Shown here: piece after piece, positions 33,428 through 40,942 of the stretch
How the letters are laid out: the number at the start of each line of letters is the position of its first letter
Position numbering within the stretch: position 1 is the stretch's first letter
From: a virus
DNA length: 40,942 nt
IMG/VR virus record: IMGVR_UViG_3300045988_044441
Reading direction: 5' to 3' (one strand)
Notes under the pieces: model-generated
Database searches by the model: none
Seen by the model: the letters and a program-made list of their open reading frames with translations, nothing else
Told to the model about the DNA's origin: nothing
Made by a program: the position numbers and the translations under genes

Positions 33428-34088
33428 CCACTCCTTCCAGGTATTGCATAAACAGGTTTTCTTTCAAAAAGTTCTCCGGGTTCTTGATGTACCGGGCTGG
33501 TGTCTTTTTCCGCTGGCAGGCAATAGCATAATTCTCTGCCGCTGCAATCAGGCCAGCTTCCGACACTCCGGCATCAACCGCATTGCAGTATTCCGTCTCT
33601 GCCAGATAACCAGTGCAGGTTTTCGGATAGGCTGCGGCAAAATCTGCAAACCGTTCCACGGGGGATATAGGGGGTGTGTTTCTTTCCTTCTTCCCTTCTT
33701 TCTTTTCTTCTATTGTTGTCGTTTGAATGTCGTTAGAATGTCGGTTGCCTGTCGGTTGCCTGTCATTTTGCTTGTCGGTTGTCTGGTACAAATCGTACTT
33801 AACCACTGTAAATACAGTAAATTTGTTTGTCGTTTTGCTTGTCACTTCGCCTGTCTTTTTCAGATGTGAAATTGCGGTGCGGATTTCGCGCTCCGTAAGC
33901 CCTGTTTCGCCCGACAGCTTCCCGATGGATGAGACAAACGATCCACGTGGAACCGTTGTCCCTTTGAAATTTCCATCCTTCCAGTTGGCTTTCAGAAGCA
34001 TATGGATAAACAGCCGGGTTGTATTGATATCTGTGTACCATTCCCATTCCAGTAGCCCGCGGCTCAGCTTTATGTAGTTGCCATCCAA
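33315..34088 (-). CDS. Replication initiator / replisome organiser (DnaD-like)
   Basis: N-terminal YIKLSRGLLEWEWYTD...RLFIHMLLKANW...GETGLTEREIRTAISHLKKTGEV winged-helix pattern. Confidence 0.65.
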   Translation of the reverse strand: MDGNYIKLSRGLLEWEWYTDINTTRLFIHMLLKANWKDGNFKGTTVPRGSFVSSIGKLSGETGLTEREIRTAISHLKKTGEVTSKTTNKFTVFTVVKYDLYQTTDKQNDRQPTGNRHSNDIQTTTIEEKKEGKKERNTPPISPVERFADFAAAYPKTCTGYLAETEYCNAVDAGVSEAGLIAAAENYAIACQRKKTPARYIKNPENFLKENLFMQYLEGVDDGPADEKHDQRNTGAREKSLNELLEERGCSGCFEGF

Positions 34089-34138
34089 TCACTCCACCTC
34101 CCGAATCAGCACTTCTCGCCACCTTTCAAATGTCATTT

Positions 34139-34768
34139 TCATTCCGCCTTCATAACAATTCCATACACCTTATACATCTGCCGGAACCGGATCACTCCCA
34201 TCTGGTGAGCAATCGTATGGTGCTCCCTGCACAGGCAGATCTTCTTATAACCCGAATCATCCACCTTCCGGCGGTTATTTCCCATACCGATTGCATCTTC
34301 ATGATGGATTTCCCCATCCTTGCCGCAGATGGCACACTTTTTATGCATTAGGCAGTAATACAGATACCGCCCGATATCATCCGTCCGGTCAATCGCATTG
34401 TCTGAAAGTGGGATTCCCCACTCTAAAGCAAATTCCAAGATCGTATTGATAAACTCCCGCGCGGTATCCATCGAACAGTTAGAAAGGCTGAAATAAGGAT
34501 CTCCTGTACGGATCATATGCTCATACTTCATCCGTTCCTTCATTTCTTCCGGTGGATAGCCTGTCCAGTCTGCAATATCCCGGATCGTTGCATATGCTTT
34601 CTTCCTCTGCTCCGCAGAGATATGCCGCCCATCATCAAAGCGGATCTCTGCATTCTTGATCTTCTTTCTCTGGAGCAGACCACCAAGTTTCATTCCCGGA
34701 ACGGAAACAACAAGATCTGTTCCATCACTGTTTTCCCGGTACTGCTTCACATCTACCATCGTATACAT
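34139..34768 (-). CDS. Putative HNH nuclease (HNHc_6-like), recombination-associated
   Basis: C-terminal CAICG...IHHEDAIG...CREHHTIAH. Directly follows the annealing protein gene. Confidence 0.6.
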   Translation of the reverse strand: MYTMVDVKQYRENSDGTDLVVSVPGMKLGGLLQRKKIKNAEIRFDDGRHISAEQRKKAYATIRDIADWTGYPPEEMKERMKYEHMIRTGDPYFSLSNCSMDTAREFINTILEFALEWGIPLSDNAIDRTDDIGRYLYYCLMHKKCAICGKDGEIHHEDAIGMGNNRRKVDDSGYKKICLCREHHTIAHQMGVIRFRQMYKVYGIVMKAE

Positions 34769-35388
34769 CAGTCATCACCATACTTCGATTTCAGACTGTT
34801 CAGCATTGTACCAACATCTTCCGCTGATAAGCTGTCCCAAGTCTTTCCGTTGCTCGTGATCCAGTATTCAAGATTCACCTTATGTTTGAGGCACAGGTCT
34901 TTCAGTATCTTAATATTTGCCGGGCTCGGCTTCTCCTCATTCTTCGGAATAATGTTGTTAAAAGGCTGCATTTCTTCTTTTAGCCACAGGTTAAATCCAA
35001 GCCCCGTATGAATTGCCACGCACTTTACAAAAGACCGGCACATACTGTTCCACACTCTCTGCTGGCTCATGGAATTATCCTTGACCGGATTGGAGCCATT
35101 CATCACCGGCGACTGCATTTCATACTCATTTTCATCAATTACAACCTTAATTCGTGTCTCATAACATCGATTTGTATTTCCTTTGCTATCTGTGAAATCT
35201 TTTGATACCATGCGCAAAGAGCTTCCCGTTCCCACATCCGGAATCGGCACCCAGTAAACTTTCTTTGCACCATTCTCATGCAGCAGATCAATACATTTCG
35301 CCCAATTAAGATACGTCATTCCATCCCGTTCCTGGCAATATGGAGTTACGTCAATTTTGCGCATTTCTTCCCACGATTTAAGTGCCAT
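34768..35388 (-). CDS. Rad52-like single-strand annealing protein (Sak/DUF1071 type)
   Basis: TYLNWAKCIDLL ... VKCVAIHTGLGFNLW pattern. Confidence 0.6.
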   Translation of the reverse strand: MALKSWEEMRKIDVTPYCQERDGMTYLNWAKCIDLLHENGAKKVYWVPIPDVGTGSSLRMVSKDFTDSKGNTNRCYETRIKVVIDENEYEMQSPVMNGSNPVKDNSMSQQRVWNSMCRSFVKCVAIHTGLGFNLWLKEEMQPFNNIIPKNEEKPSPANIKILKDLCLKHKVNLEYWITSNGKTWDSLSAEDVGTMLNSLKSKYGDD

Positions 35389-35545
35389 ACATCATATCCT
35401 CCAACTTCATTTCCATCTGTCCATCCCTGCCACTTCTATATGCTGCAAGGATGTTTTTATTGTTCTCCTTTTTCTTTTCCAGGCAGTCACATGATTCACC
35501 CGGATCAAGATGTGCCCCACAATAGGGGCAGGGTCTGTAATACAT
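35378..35545 (-). CDS. Small zinc-ribbon protein
   Basis: Start MYYRPCPYCGAHL..CDC. RBS GGAAGGTGG. Confidence 0.45.
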   Translation of the reverse strand: MYYRPCPYCGAHLDPGESCDCLEKKKENNKNILAAYRSGRDGQMEMKLEDMMYGT

Positions 35546-35730
35546 CACACCACCTTCCGGAAACATGAAACCATACAATCTTCACAGTAGATTTCTCCGC
35601 CAACGTCATAACAATAATCATCCTGAATATGATCACCGCAGCAGACACACACCGGCCGTTGTTCCAGCCATTTGTCCTGCTCATCCTCATGCATCCGGAA
35701 GAAATCATAATTATCCTGGATCGTTTCCAT
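35545..35730 (-). CDS. Small Cys-rich protein
   Basis: Start METIQDNYDFF. RBS GGAAGGAG. CVCCG...CEDC. Confidence 0.45.
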   Translation of the reverse strand: METIQDNYDFFRMHEDEQDKWLEQRPVCVCCGDHIQDDYCYDVGGEIYCEDCMVSCFRKVV

Positions 35731-35980
35731 TATCGGCTCCTTCCTGCAGCAGATCATAAATTGCCTTTGCTTCACCTTTTTGCAGCAGGTCATAGATCCA
35801 GTCCGCTGTCTCATCATCCTGTCCGTCTATCAGTGCCGCATAGATCTGCTCCATCGGCTCGTCCATAAGCGGACACGCTGCTTCGGTGTAAATAAATGAT
35901 CCTGCATTGTTCAGAATCTTTTCTGCGTCCTTGCAGTGCAAATACGCACTTACAAGCGATTCGATTTGACGTAAATTCAT
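35711..35980 (-). CDS. Hypothetical early protein
   Basis: Start assumed at MNLRQIESL. The RBS is weak. Confidence 0.4.
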   Translation of the reverse strand: MNLRQIESLVSAYLHCKDAEKILNNAGSFIYTEAACPLMDEPMEQIYAALIDGQDDETADWIYDLLQKGEAKAIYDLLQEGADNGNDPG

Positions 35981-36079
35981 ATTTTTCACTTGCACATTAA
36001 ATATATTTCTTGTAAAATAAAGGCATAGCATTTTTAATGCTTATTTTTCTTTTGTTTTCCGAGAGAAACAACCCCCCAA

Positions 36080-36244
36080 TTAGATGGAATCATTGCTTTG
36101 GTCGGCTGATTCCATCTTTTTTATTTCCACATCCAACACTTCCTTGAAATCCCCATCATTTTTCTTTTCCTTTCGCGGGTACGTGAGATTCGAAGCTTTA
36201 TTCGGATATTGCGGATACATACGCTTTATTCCACTGATGTGCAT
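36080..36244 (-). CDS. Small hypothetical protein (54 aa)
   Basis: Start at 36244 with RBS AAGGAGA. Confidence 0.4.
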   Translation of the reverse strand: MHISGIKRMYPQYPNKASNLTYPRKEKKNDGDFKEVLDVEIKKMESADQSNDSI

Positions 36245-36254
36245 TTTTCTCCTT

Positions 36255-36461
36255 TCAACTTGCTTTCCGGAGCTTCTGTATACAGTGCTCGGTTTCCTTC
36301 CGCTCTCTTTCCACTCTCTCGAGTGTGTATGCCACATGTGCGATCACCGCGCCAGCAATTACCATTCCTGCGGCAATTATCCAGCCAACTCCCTTCGAGT
36401 CCATAGCCATTGCGCCAAGCGCCATAACTACAATTCCGATTTTAAATGTTCTTTCTTTCAT
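36255..36461 (-). CDS. Small membrane protein
   Basis: Two hydrophobic segments (IGIVVMALGAMAM and WIIAAGMVIAGAVIAHV). Confidence 0.5.
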   Translation of the reverse strand: MKERTFKIGIVVMALGAMAMDSKGVGWIIAAGMVIAGAVIAHVAYTLERVERERKETEHCIQKLRKAS

Positions 36462-36470
36462 GTCCTGCTC

Positions 36471-36719
36471 CTATTCCGGGATGTTCCGAAACTCCACTGT
36501 GATCTTCAATCCAAGATCATCAGCCAGACGGAAAAAGTTCTCGACATTCATTCTTTCCGGCTTTCTGATCCAGTTTTGGATTGTTTTCTCCGTGACACCA
36601 TACTTCGGTGCAAGGTCTGCCGGATCTTTACTTTGTTGCGCCTGTCCGCCCGCCATCATTCCACGAACATATGCCATTTTCTTCTTTGTGGTGCTCTGCG
36701 CAAGATTCGTTTTTGGCAT
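36471..36719 (-). CDS. HTH DNA-binding early protein
   Basis: LAPKYGVTEKTIQNWIRKPE. Confidence 0.5.
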   Translation of the reverse strand: MPKTNLAQSTTKKKMAYVRGMMAGGQAQQSKDPADLAPKYGVTEKTIQNWIRKPERMNVENFFRLADDLGLKITVEFRNIPE

Positions 36720-36777
36720 TTTCTCACGCTCCTTTCTGTTGTCCGTTTTATTGGACGCACAATGCTATACCCTGCTC

Positions 36778-36954
36778 TTAGGTACGAATTGTTTTTCGCT
36801 CATTCTCAAACATTGCCAAGTCATCCTCAGAAATTCTGTATTCTCTGCCGAGCTTGATTGCATTGAGTTTCTTCTGGCGAATCCAATCCCATACCGTAAT
36901 GACTTTTACCTTGTATCTCTCTGCAACTTCGTCACAAGTGTACATTTTCGACAA
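36778..36954 (-). CDS. Small MerR/excisionase-type HTH protein; first early gene (Cro-like position)
   Basis: MYTCDEVAERYKVKVITVWDWIRQKKLNAIKLGREYRI. TTG start at 36954 lies 6 nt after AGGAGGG; alternative ATG at 36945. Divergent from the repressor gene. Not in the ORF track. Confidence 0.6.
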   Translation of the reverse strand: MSKMYTCDEVAERYKVKVITVWDWIRQKKLNAIKLGREYRISEDDLAMFENERKTIRT

Positions 36955-36989
36955 AAATATCCCTCCTTTTTGTATGGATTTTATACTTG

Positions 36990-37093
36990 TGTTTACTTCG
37001 GTATAGTGATATAGTTTAATAAAACGAATTATACTTATATCTCAAACGAAGTATTTGTTTGAAACCGAACTTTACGTGGCTGTTTACTTCGGT
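36990..37093. promoter_or_regulatory. Operator-like repeats in the immunity switch region
   Basis: TGTTTACTTCGGT occurs at 36990..37002 and 37081..37093. Palindrome CAAACgaagtatttGTTTG is at 37043..37061. Related CTTCGTTT at 37128..37135 lies inside the early promoter. Confidence 0.5.
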
Positions 37094-37111
37094 TCAATTA
37101 AGTATGTCTAA

Positions 37112-37140
37112 ACTATAGCATTGCTTGCTTCGTTTGTCAA
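37112..37140 (-). promoter_or_regulatory. Early lytic promoter (TTGACA-17-TATAGT)
   Basis: The complement of the -35 (tgtcaa) is at 37135..37140; the complement of the -10 (actata) is at 37112..37117. Confidence 0.6.
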
Positions 37141-37195
37141 CAAGTATTTACTACGTTTTTGCAAAAGTATTGTTTTTGTGAAAGGTGAATATATT

Positions 37196-37630
37196 ATGTA
37201 TGACAATTTTATGCAATTATTACAACTGCGTGGGATAAGCGCATATAAATTCTGCAAAGATACAGGAGTATCACAATCTACAATAAGTACGTGGAAGAAA
37301 AAGGGCTCTAGGTGTGGCATTGATTTAGCTGAAATAATTGCAAAATATTTTGATGTAAGCATTGACTTTGTTATGTATGGTAATGAAGGTGAAAATGTAA
37401 ATTCTCAAACAAATGCATCTCTTACGCCCAAAGACGAACGAGACATTGCCAAAGACATGGAAAACATGCGTAACAAATTATTAAATGAATCTGCTGGTCC
37501 ACTATCCTATGATGGAGAACCGATACCAAAAGATGATGCCGAGCTGCTGCTGGGGCAAATAGAATTGATGATGCGCAAATTAAAACCGATCAATAAAGAA
37601 AAATATAATCCTAACAAAAACAAAAAGTAG
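37196..37630 (+). CDS. XRE-family (CI-like) repressor
   Basis: LRGISAYKFCKDTGVSQSTISTWKKKGS HTH. Start at 37196 with RBS AAAGGTGA. Confidence 0.8.
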   Translation: MYDNFMQLLQLRGISAYKFCKDTGVSQSTISTWKKKGSRCGIDLAEIIAKYFDVSIDFVMYGNEGENVNSQTNASLTPKDERDIAKDMENMRNKLLNESAGPLSYDGEPIPKDDAELLLGQIELMMRKLKPINKEKYNPNKNKK

Positions 37631-37641
37631 GTGTTACATAA

Positions 37642-38079
37642 TTGAGAAAAGACATAAAACAGTTAGTCAATTATTATGTAAGAAAATTTAATACCAGAAA
37701 TCCATATGATCTTGCAAAAAGCCTAAATGTAGAGGTTCAAATTGGAGAGCTTGGCAGTCGCGCTGGATGTTATATGTTCCTAAAAAACCATAAATGCGTA
37801 TTTCTGAACGAAGATCTGGAAGAAAATGAAATGCGGCTCGTAATGGCTCATGAGCTTGCACACTCGATTATGCACAGGAAAGAGAATTGTTACTTTATAA
37901 GAAACAAAACTTTGCTGCTCACATCCAAGATGGAAATTGAAGCAAATACATTCACCGCTGAGCTACTTATACCGGACGAATTGATTTTAGAAAATCCAGG
38001 CATATCGGCAGATCAGATAGCAAGAATCGCTGGATATGATAAAAAAATCATGAATTTTAAAAATAAAATCTTGATTTAG
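37642..38079 (+). CDS. ImmA/IrrE-family metallopeptidase (anti-repressor protease)
   Basis: HELAHSIMH zinc motif. Immediately downstream of the XRE repressor. TTG start. Confidence 0.8.
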   Translation: MRKDIKQLVNYYVRKFNTRNPYDLAKSLNVEVQIGELGSRAGCYMFLKNHKCVFLNEDLEENEMRLVMAHELAHSIMHRKENCYFIRNKTLLLTSKMEIEANTFTAELLIPDELILENPGISADQIARIAGYDKKIMNFKNKILI

Positions 38080-38090
38080 GGAGAGCAATT

Positions 38091-39275
38091 ATGTTTTTTG
38101 ATAAAATCTTGAATTTTTTCAAAATAGAGAATCTATACAAAGAATCTGATTTTAGAGACTCTCATTTTCAATCAAATAACATTAAGTGTGATAATACTGC
38201 TCATCAAACAGAAAATTATATTGGTCCTGCCTCAACTCATGAGCATGTTATGGAAATACTGTCTTACTGGAGTCAACATCAATATCAAAAAGTTAATTAT
38301 AATTACTATCGAGAAGCTTCTTCTTCTGAAAAACAAGAATATGCTCTGATAGATATATTATCCTGTTTTTCAAAAGGGGCTCGCAATTTACATAGCTTTT
38401 CGCAAAACAGGTTGCATGATCTCGGTATTATCAATTTTGACTCCTATACTCAGTTCTTGATTTCAGAAAAATATATTATGCGGGCGGATATAATAAATAC
38501 ACTTATTGCAAAATATAATTCTCAAGAATTAAAAACAATAGCCGAAAGTGTAGGCGTAAAAAAGACTGGTAATAAATCCGAATTGGCGCAACGAATTGCA
38601 AATGAGCTTTCTTCTTCTGAGGTAAATAGAATACTCAGTGAAAATCCATTATATATTCTTTCTGAAAAGGGGCATTCTTACCTTGCAGTAAATGAAGATT
38701 ATGTGCCACTACATAAATATTTATATTTGATTTCACTCGCAGAATTTAATGATAACAGAATACCTAATGGCGGACGATACCACAGGAACTTTTATGACAC
38801 AATGTTTCAGATTTTAACAAATAGGAAGTTCTTTTTTGAACGCCATAGGGACTTCGAAGATGTTGGTTCAATATCTTTACAACTATACAATATGCTAATT
38901 GAAGAATCAAAGAAAACAACCAACAATGTTCCTGCCGATGTTATATTAACTAACTACGTTGAAAATTTGTATATACAAACGTGTTTTTGTTTTCACGCAT
39001 ATAGCTCGTTGGAGCATGGCGTTTTCCCCAGTTCTTACAACAGTTATATTGTTCCAAAGTCAAATAAAGATATCGAAAAATTAGCAAGCCAAGAACCTTA
39101 TATAAATTATGAATTGTTATTTATCAATAAACCTCCAAGTTTCTTTACATATAGCGAATTCAAACAATACATCCACGAAATGTTATCTGGTCAAATGTTT
39201 GATGGGCAGAAATGGGATTTAAAAATTCAAAATAGAGTAAGGGAATTTGACAATATGATTAAAGGAGAATACTAA
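38091..39275 (+). CDS. Hypothetical 394-aa protein with a central SAP-like motif (AT-rich gene)
   Basis: ELKTIAESVGVKKTGNKSELAQRIANEL. No catalytic motif recognised. A sampled 60-nt line counts about 23% GC. Confidence 0.6.
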   Translation: MFFDKILNFFKIENLYKESDFRDSHFQSNNIKCDNTAHQTENYIGPASTHEHVMEILSYWSQHQYQKVNYNYYREASSSEKQEYALIDILSCFSKGARNLHSFSQNRLHDLGIINFDSYTQFLISEKYIMRADIINTLIAKYNSQELKTIAESVGVKKTGNKSELAQRIANELSSSEVNRILSENPLYILSEKGHSYLAVNEDYVPLHKYLYLISLAEFNDNRIPNGGRYHRNFYDTMFQILTNRKFFFERHRDFEDVGSISLQLYNMLIEESKKTTNNVPADVILTNYVENLYIQTCFCFHAYSSLEHGVFPSSYNSYIVPKSNKDIEKLASQEPYINYELLFINKPPSFFTYSEFKQYIHEMLSGQMFDGQKWDLKIQNRVREFDNMIKGEY

Positions 39276-39276
39276 T

Positions 39277-39618
39277 ATGGCACTATTCAAATGTCCAGAA
39301 TGTGGAGACTTAATTAGTACTGAAACTATTCACTGCCCCAAATGTGGATATGACGTGCATACATATATGGAAGAAAACGGGGATAAAATTCAGTGCAATC
39401 ATTGTTGGAAATTAAATACTCCAGGATCAACGCGCTGCATATATTGTGGAAATAATCTACAATATTCAAATACAGTGCGTCAAGGACTTCCAAAAGATGA
39501 AATGAAACAGGAAAAAGTAGAGGAGCATGAAAGAAAGACTCTTCCACTGATTATAACCGTTGTTATAATTGTTTTATTATTGCTCTGCTTAGTACCAAAA
39601 GTTTTTGTAATTGTATAA
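39277..39618 (+). CDS. Double zinc-ribbon protein with a C-terminal transmembrane anchor
   Basis: CPECG..CPKCG and CNHC..CIYCG, then LPLIITVVIIVLLLLCLVPKVFVIV. The start is 1 nt after the upstream stop codon. Confidence 0.6.
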   Translation: MALFKCPECGDLISTETIHCPKCGYDVHTYMEENGDKIQCNHCWKLNTPGSTRCIYCGNNLQYSNTVRQGLPKDEMKQEKVEEHERKTLPLIITVVIIVLLLLCLVPKVFVIV

Positions 39619-39703
39619 TAAAAACCGCCCCGGTGCTGGAACACCAGAGCGGCAAACGTGCTCCGAAGATACACGCCGTGAACAAGCATATTGTATCATC
39701 AGG

Positions 39704-39746
39704 AGCGCGATAAATCAACTACCGCGCTATTTTTGCGCCTATTTTT
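39704..39746 (+). terminator. Terminator-like hairpin between the accessory cassette and int
   Basis: AGCGCG-N13-CGCGCT followed by ATTTTTGCGCCTATTTTT. Confidence 0.4.
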
Positions 39747-39760
39747 AGGAGGAATGACAC

Positions 39761-40768
39761 ATGAATGCAAGAAAATTACCATCCGGATCTTGGAGAGCAC
39801 GGCTCTTTCTGGGCGAGGATGAACAGGGGAAGAAACACTACAAGTCATTTACAGCAGCAACCAAGCGTGAAGCAGAACGGCTGGCACTGAATTATGCCGA
39901 AGAACGCGCCACACCGGACAGAATCACATTCAAAGATGCCCTTGCCAGATACATAGAATCCAAATCCAATGTGCTCTCTCCGTCCACCCTGCGCGGTTAC
40001 CGGCAGATGGAAAAATATTACGATCCAATCAAAGATATGGATGTATCAGAAATTGACCAGAACACAGTTGTTGGCTTTATAAATGAATTTGCGGGGAAAC
40101 ATTCGCCCAAGACCGTTCGAAACGCATACAGCCTACTTTGTGCGGTCATACGCCTGCAAATACCGGATGCATCATTTCGTGTTACTATGCCCCAAAAAGA
40201 AATCTTACAATACTATATTCCAAAGGACGAAGAACTGCAATCATTGCTTTCCTATACCAAAACAGCAAACTATGATCTATACGTTGCAATTCTTCTTGCA
40301 TCTATTGGAACATTACGAAGATCAGAAGTGTGTGGATTATATGCAGATGACATACAAGGAAATACGGTGCATGTTCATCAAACAATGGTAAAGAATCAAA
40401 ATTATAAATGGGTACTAAAATCAGTTGCCAAAAATAGTACATCTGATCGTTATGTTGAATATCCAGATAAAGTCATTAAAGAACTTCCTGTTTCCGGCAA
40501 AATCTGCAATCTTAACCCGGATATGATTACGCATGATTTCGGACGCACGATAAAAAAACTTGGATTGCCACATTTTCGTTTCCATGATCTGCGTCACTAT
40601 GCAGCCACAATCATGCACGCAATGGGTGTACCAGAAGCATACATCATGGAGCGTGGAGGTTGGAAAACCAACACTGTTCTGAATCAGGTATACCGCGGTA
40701 CCAGATCGGATTTTTCAAAAAAATATTCCGATCAGGCAAACGGATATTTTGAAAACCATCTTCTTTGA
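39761..40768 (+). CDS. int: Tyrosine recombinase / phage integrase
   Basis: TLRRSEV (Arg I), HDLRH (H-x-x-R) and a late Tyr in LNQVYRG. RBS AGGAGGA. Adjacent to the att core. Confidence 0.9.
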   Translation: MNARKLPSGSWRARLFLGEDEQGKKHYKSFTAATKREAERLALNYAEERATPDRITFKDALARYIESKSNVLSPSTLRGYRQMEKYYDPIKDMDVSEIDQNTVVGFINEFAGKHSPKTVRNAYSLLCAVIRLQIPDASFRVTMPQKEILQYYIPKDEELQSLLSYTKTANYDLYVAILLASIGTLRRSEVCGLYADDIQGNTVHVHQTMVKNQNYKWVLKSVAKNSTSDRYVEYPDKVIKELPVSGKICNLNPDMITHDFGRTIKKLGLPHFRFHDLRHYAATIMHAMGVPEAYIMERGGWKTNTVLNQVYRGTRSDFSKKYSDQANGYFENHLL

Positions 40769-40791
40769 TTCGTGTCATCTTTCATGTCATC
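40769..40791 (+). repeat. Tandem TTCGTGTCATC / TTTCATGTCATC; putative arm-type integrase binding sites
   Basis: Starts immediately after the int stop codon, 97 nt from the core. Same orientation and motif as 99..122. Confidence 0.55.
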
Positions 40792-40857
40792 CACTTTGTT
40801 TTTTTGATTTCAAAATAAGACTTCTTGTTTCTCATTTGGAAATATAAAAAGTCACAA

Positions 40858-40910
40858 AAAATCCAGTGTTCTCAACGTTTTCTTCCGAATCCGCATAAAC
40901 ACTGGATTTT
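40858..40910. repeat. 13-bp perfect inverted repeat (AAAATCCAGTGTT ... AACACTGGATTTT) straddling the edge of the 55-bp core
   Basis: Arms at 40858..40870 and 40898..40910 with a 27-nt loop. On the minus strand the stem is followed by TTTTTTG, so it could terminate the tRNA transcript. Alternatively it could be core-type integrase sites. Confidence 0.5.
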
Positions 40911-40942
40911 CTTAAATAGTGGACTAGACGGGAGTCGAACCC
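40888..40942. repeat. Right copy of the 55-bp terminal direct repeat
   Basis: Exact 55/55 identity with 1..55, checked by eye. Confidence 0.9.
40920..40942 (-). tRNA. Partial tRNA: 3' portion only (part of T-stem, T-loop, 3' acceptor strand, discriminator); the gene would continue beyond the window
   Basis: Minus strand reads GGGTTCGACTCCCGTCTAGTCCA: T-loop TTCGACT, T-stem 3' strand CCCGT, acceptor CTAGTCC, discriminator A. No encoded CCA. Isotype cannot be determined. Confidence 0.6.

Larger units (their letters stand above)
1..40942. mobile_element. Complete temperate siphovirus-like phage genome / prophage (lysogeny, early, DNA-modification, packaging, head, tail and lysis modules)
   Basis: Full set of phage modules in canonical order. 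Tyrosine integrase sits next to a tRNA-derived core sequence. The 55-bp termini are identical. Confidence 0.92.

Noticed and set aside
39619-39660. Hairpin CCGCCCCGGTG-N6-CACCAGAGCGG as the terminator of the accessory cassette.
   Set aside because: The stem has two C-A mismatches and no following T-run. The downstream AGCGCG/CGCGCT hairpin with T-runs is the better, though still weak, candidate.

Overview
The window is one complete temperate siphovirus-type phage genome of about 40.9 kb, apparently from a Gram-positive, Clostridia-like host (GGAGG-type ribosome binding sites (RBS); XhlA/holin/amidase lysis cassette). Its first and last 55 bp are identical and carry the 3' end of a tRNA. It is therefore either a prophage cut exactly at attL/attR or a circular assembly with a 55-nt overlap running through attP.

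Gene order:
- Plus strand, right end: XRE-type repressor, ImmA-type metalloprotease, an AT-rich two-gene cassette, tyrosine integrase.
- Minus strand, read right to left: early HTH genes; recombination and replication (Rad52/Sak-like annealing protein, HNH, DnaD-like, DnaC-like); many small early genes including two Lar-like proteins and two HNH endonucleases; a DNA-modification block (PP-loop enzyme, SNF2 helicase-methyltransferase fusion, C5-cytosine methyltransferase); an AT-rich block around a small sigma/HTH-like gene; then terS, terL, portal, MuF-like head protein, scaffold, P22-type coat, connectors, major tail, chaperones, tape measure, tail tip and fibres, XhlA, holin, amidase.

Most interesting observations:
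1. The AT-rich two-gene cassette between immA and int (SAP-motif protein plus double zinc-ribbon membrane protein) is a candidate undescribed prophage-encoded exclusion or defence module.
2. A four-fold repeated noncanonical late-promoter architecture, TGGTACAAA-N18-TAnnAT; three copies lie within about 30 nt downstream of a hairpin-plus-T-run terminator, and the fourth (site D) directly follows the stop codon of the putative immunity gene.
3. A MuF head protein with a C-terminal toxin-like extension followed by a small acidic immunity-like ORF.
4. The DNA-modification / anti-restriction block, which contains an embedded opposite-strand consensus promoter and a 34-codon ORF.
5. An attP-like architecture with arm-type tandem repeats.

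All functional calls come from motif recognition by eye. No database searches were run.
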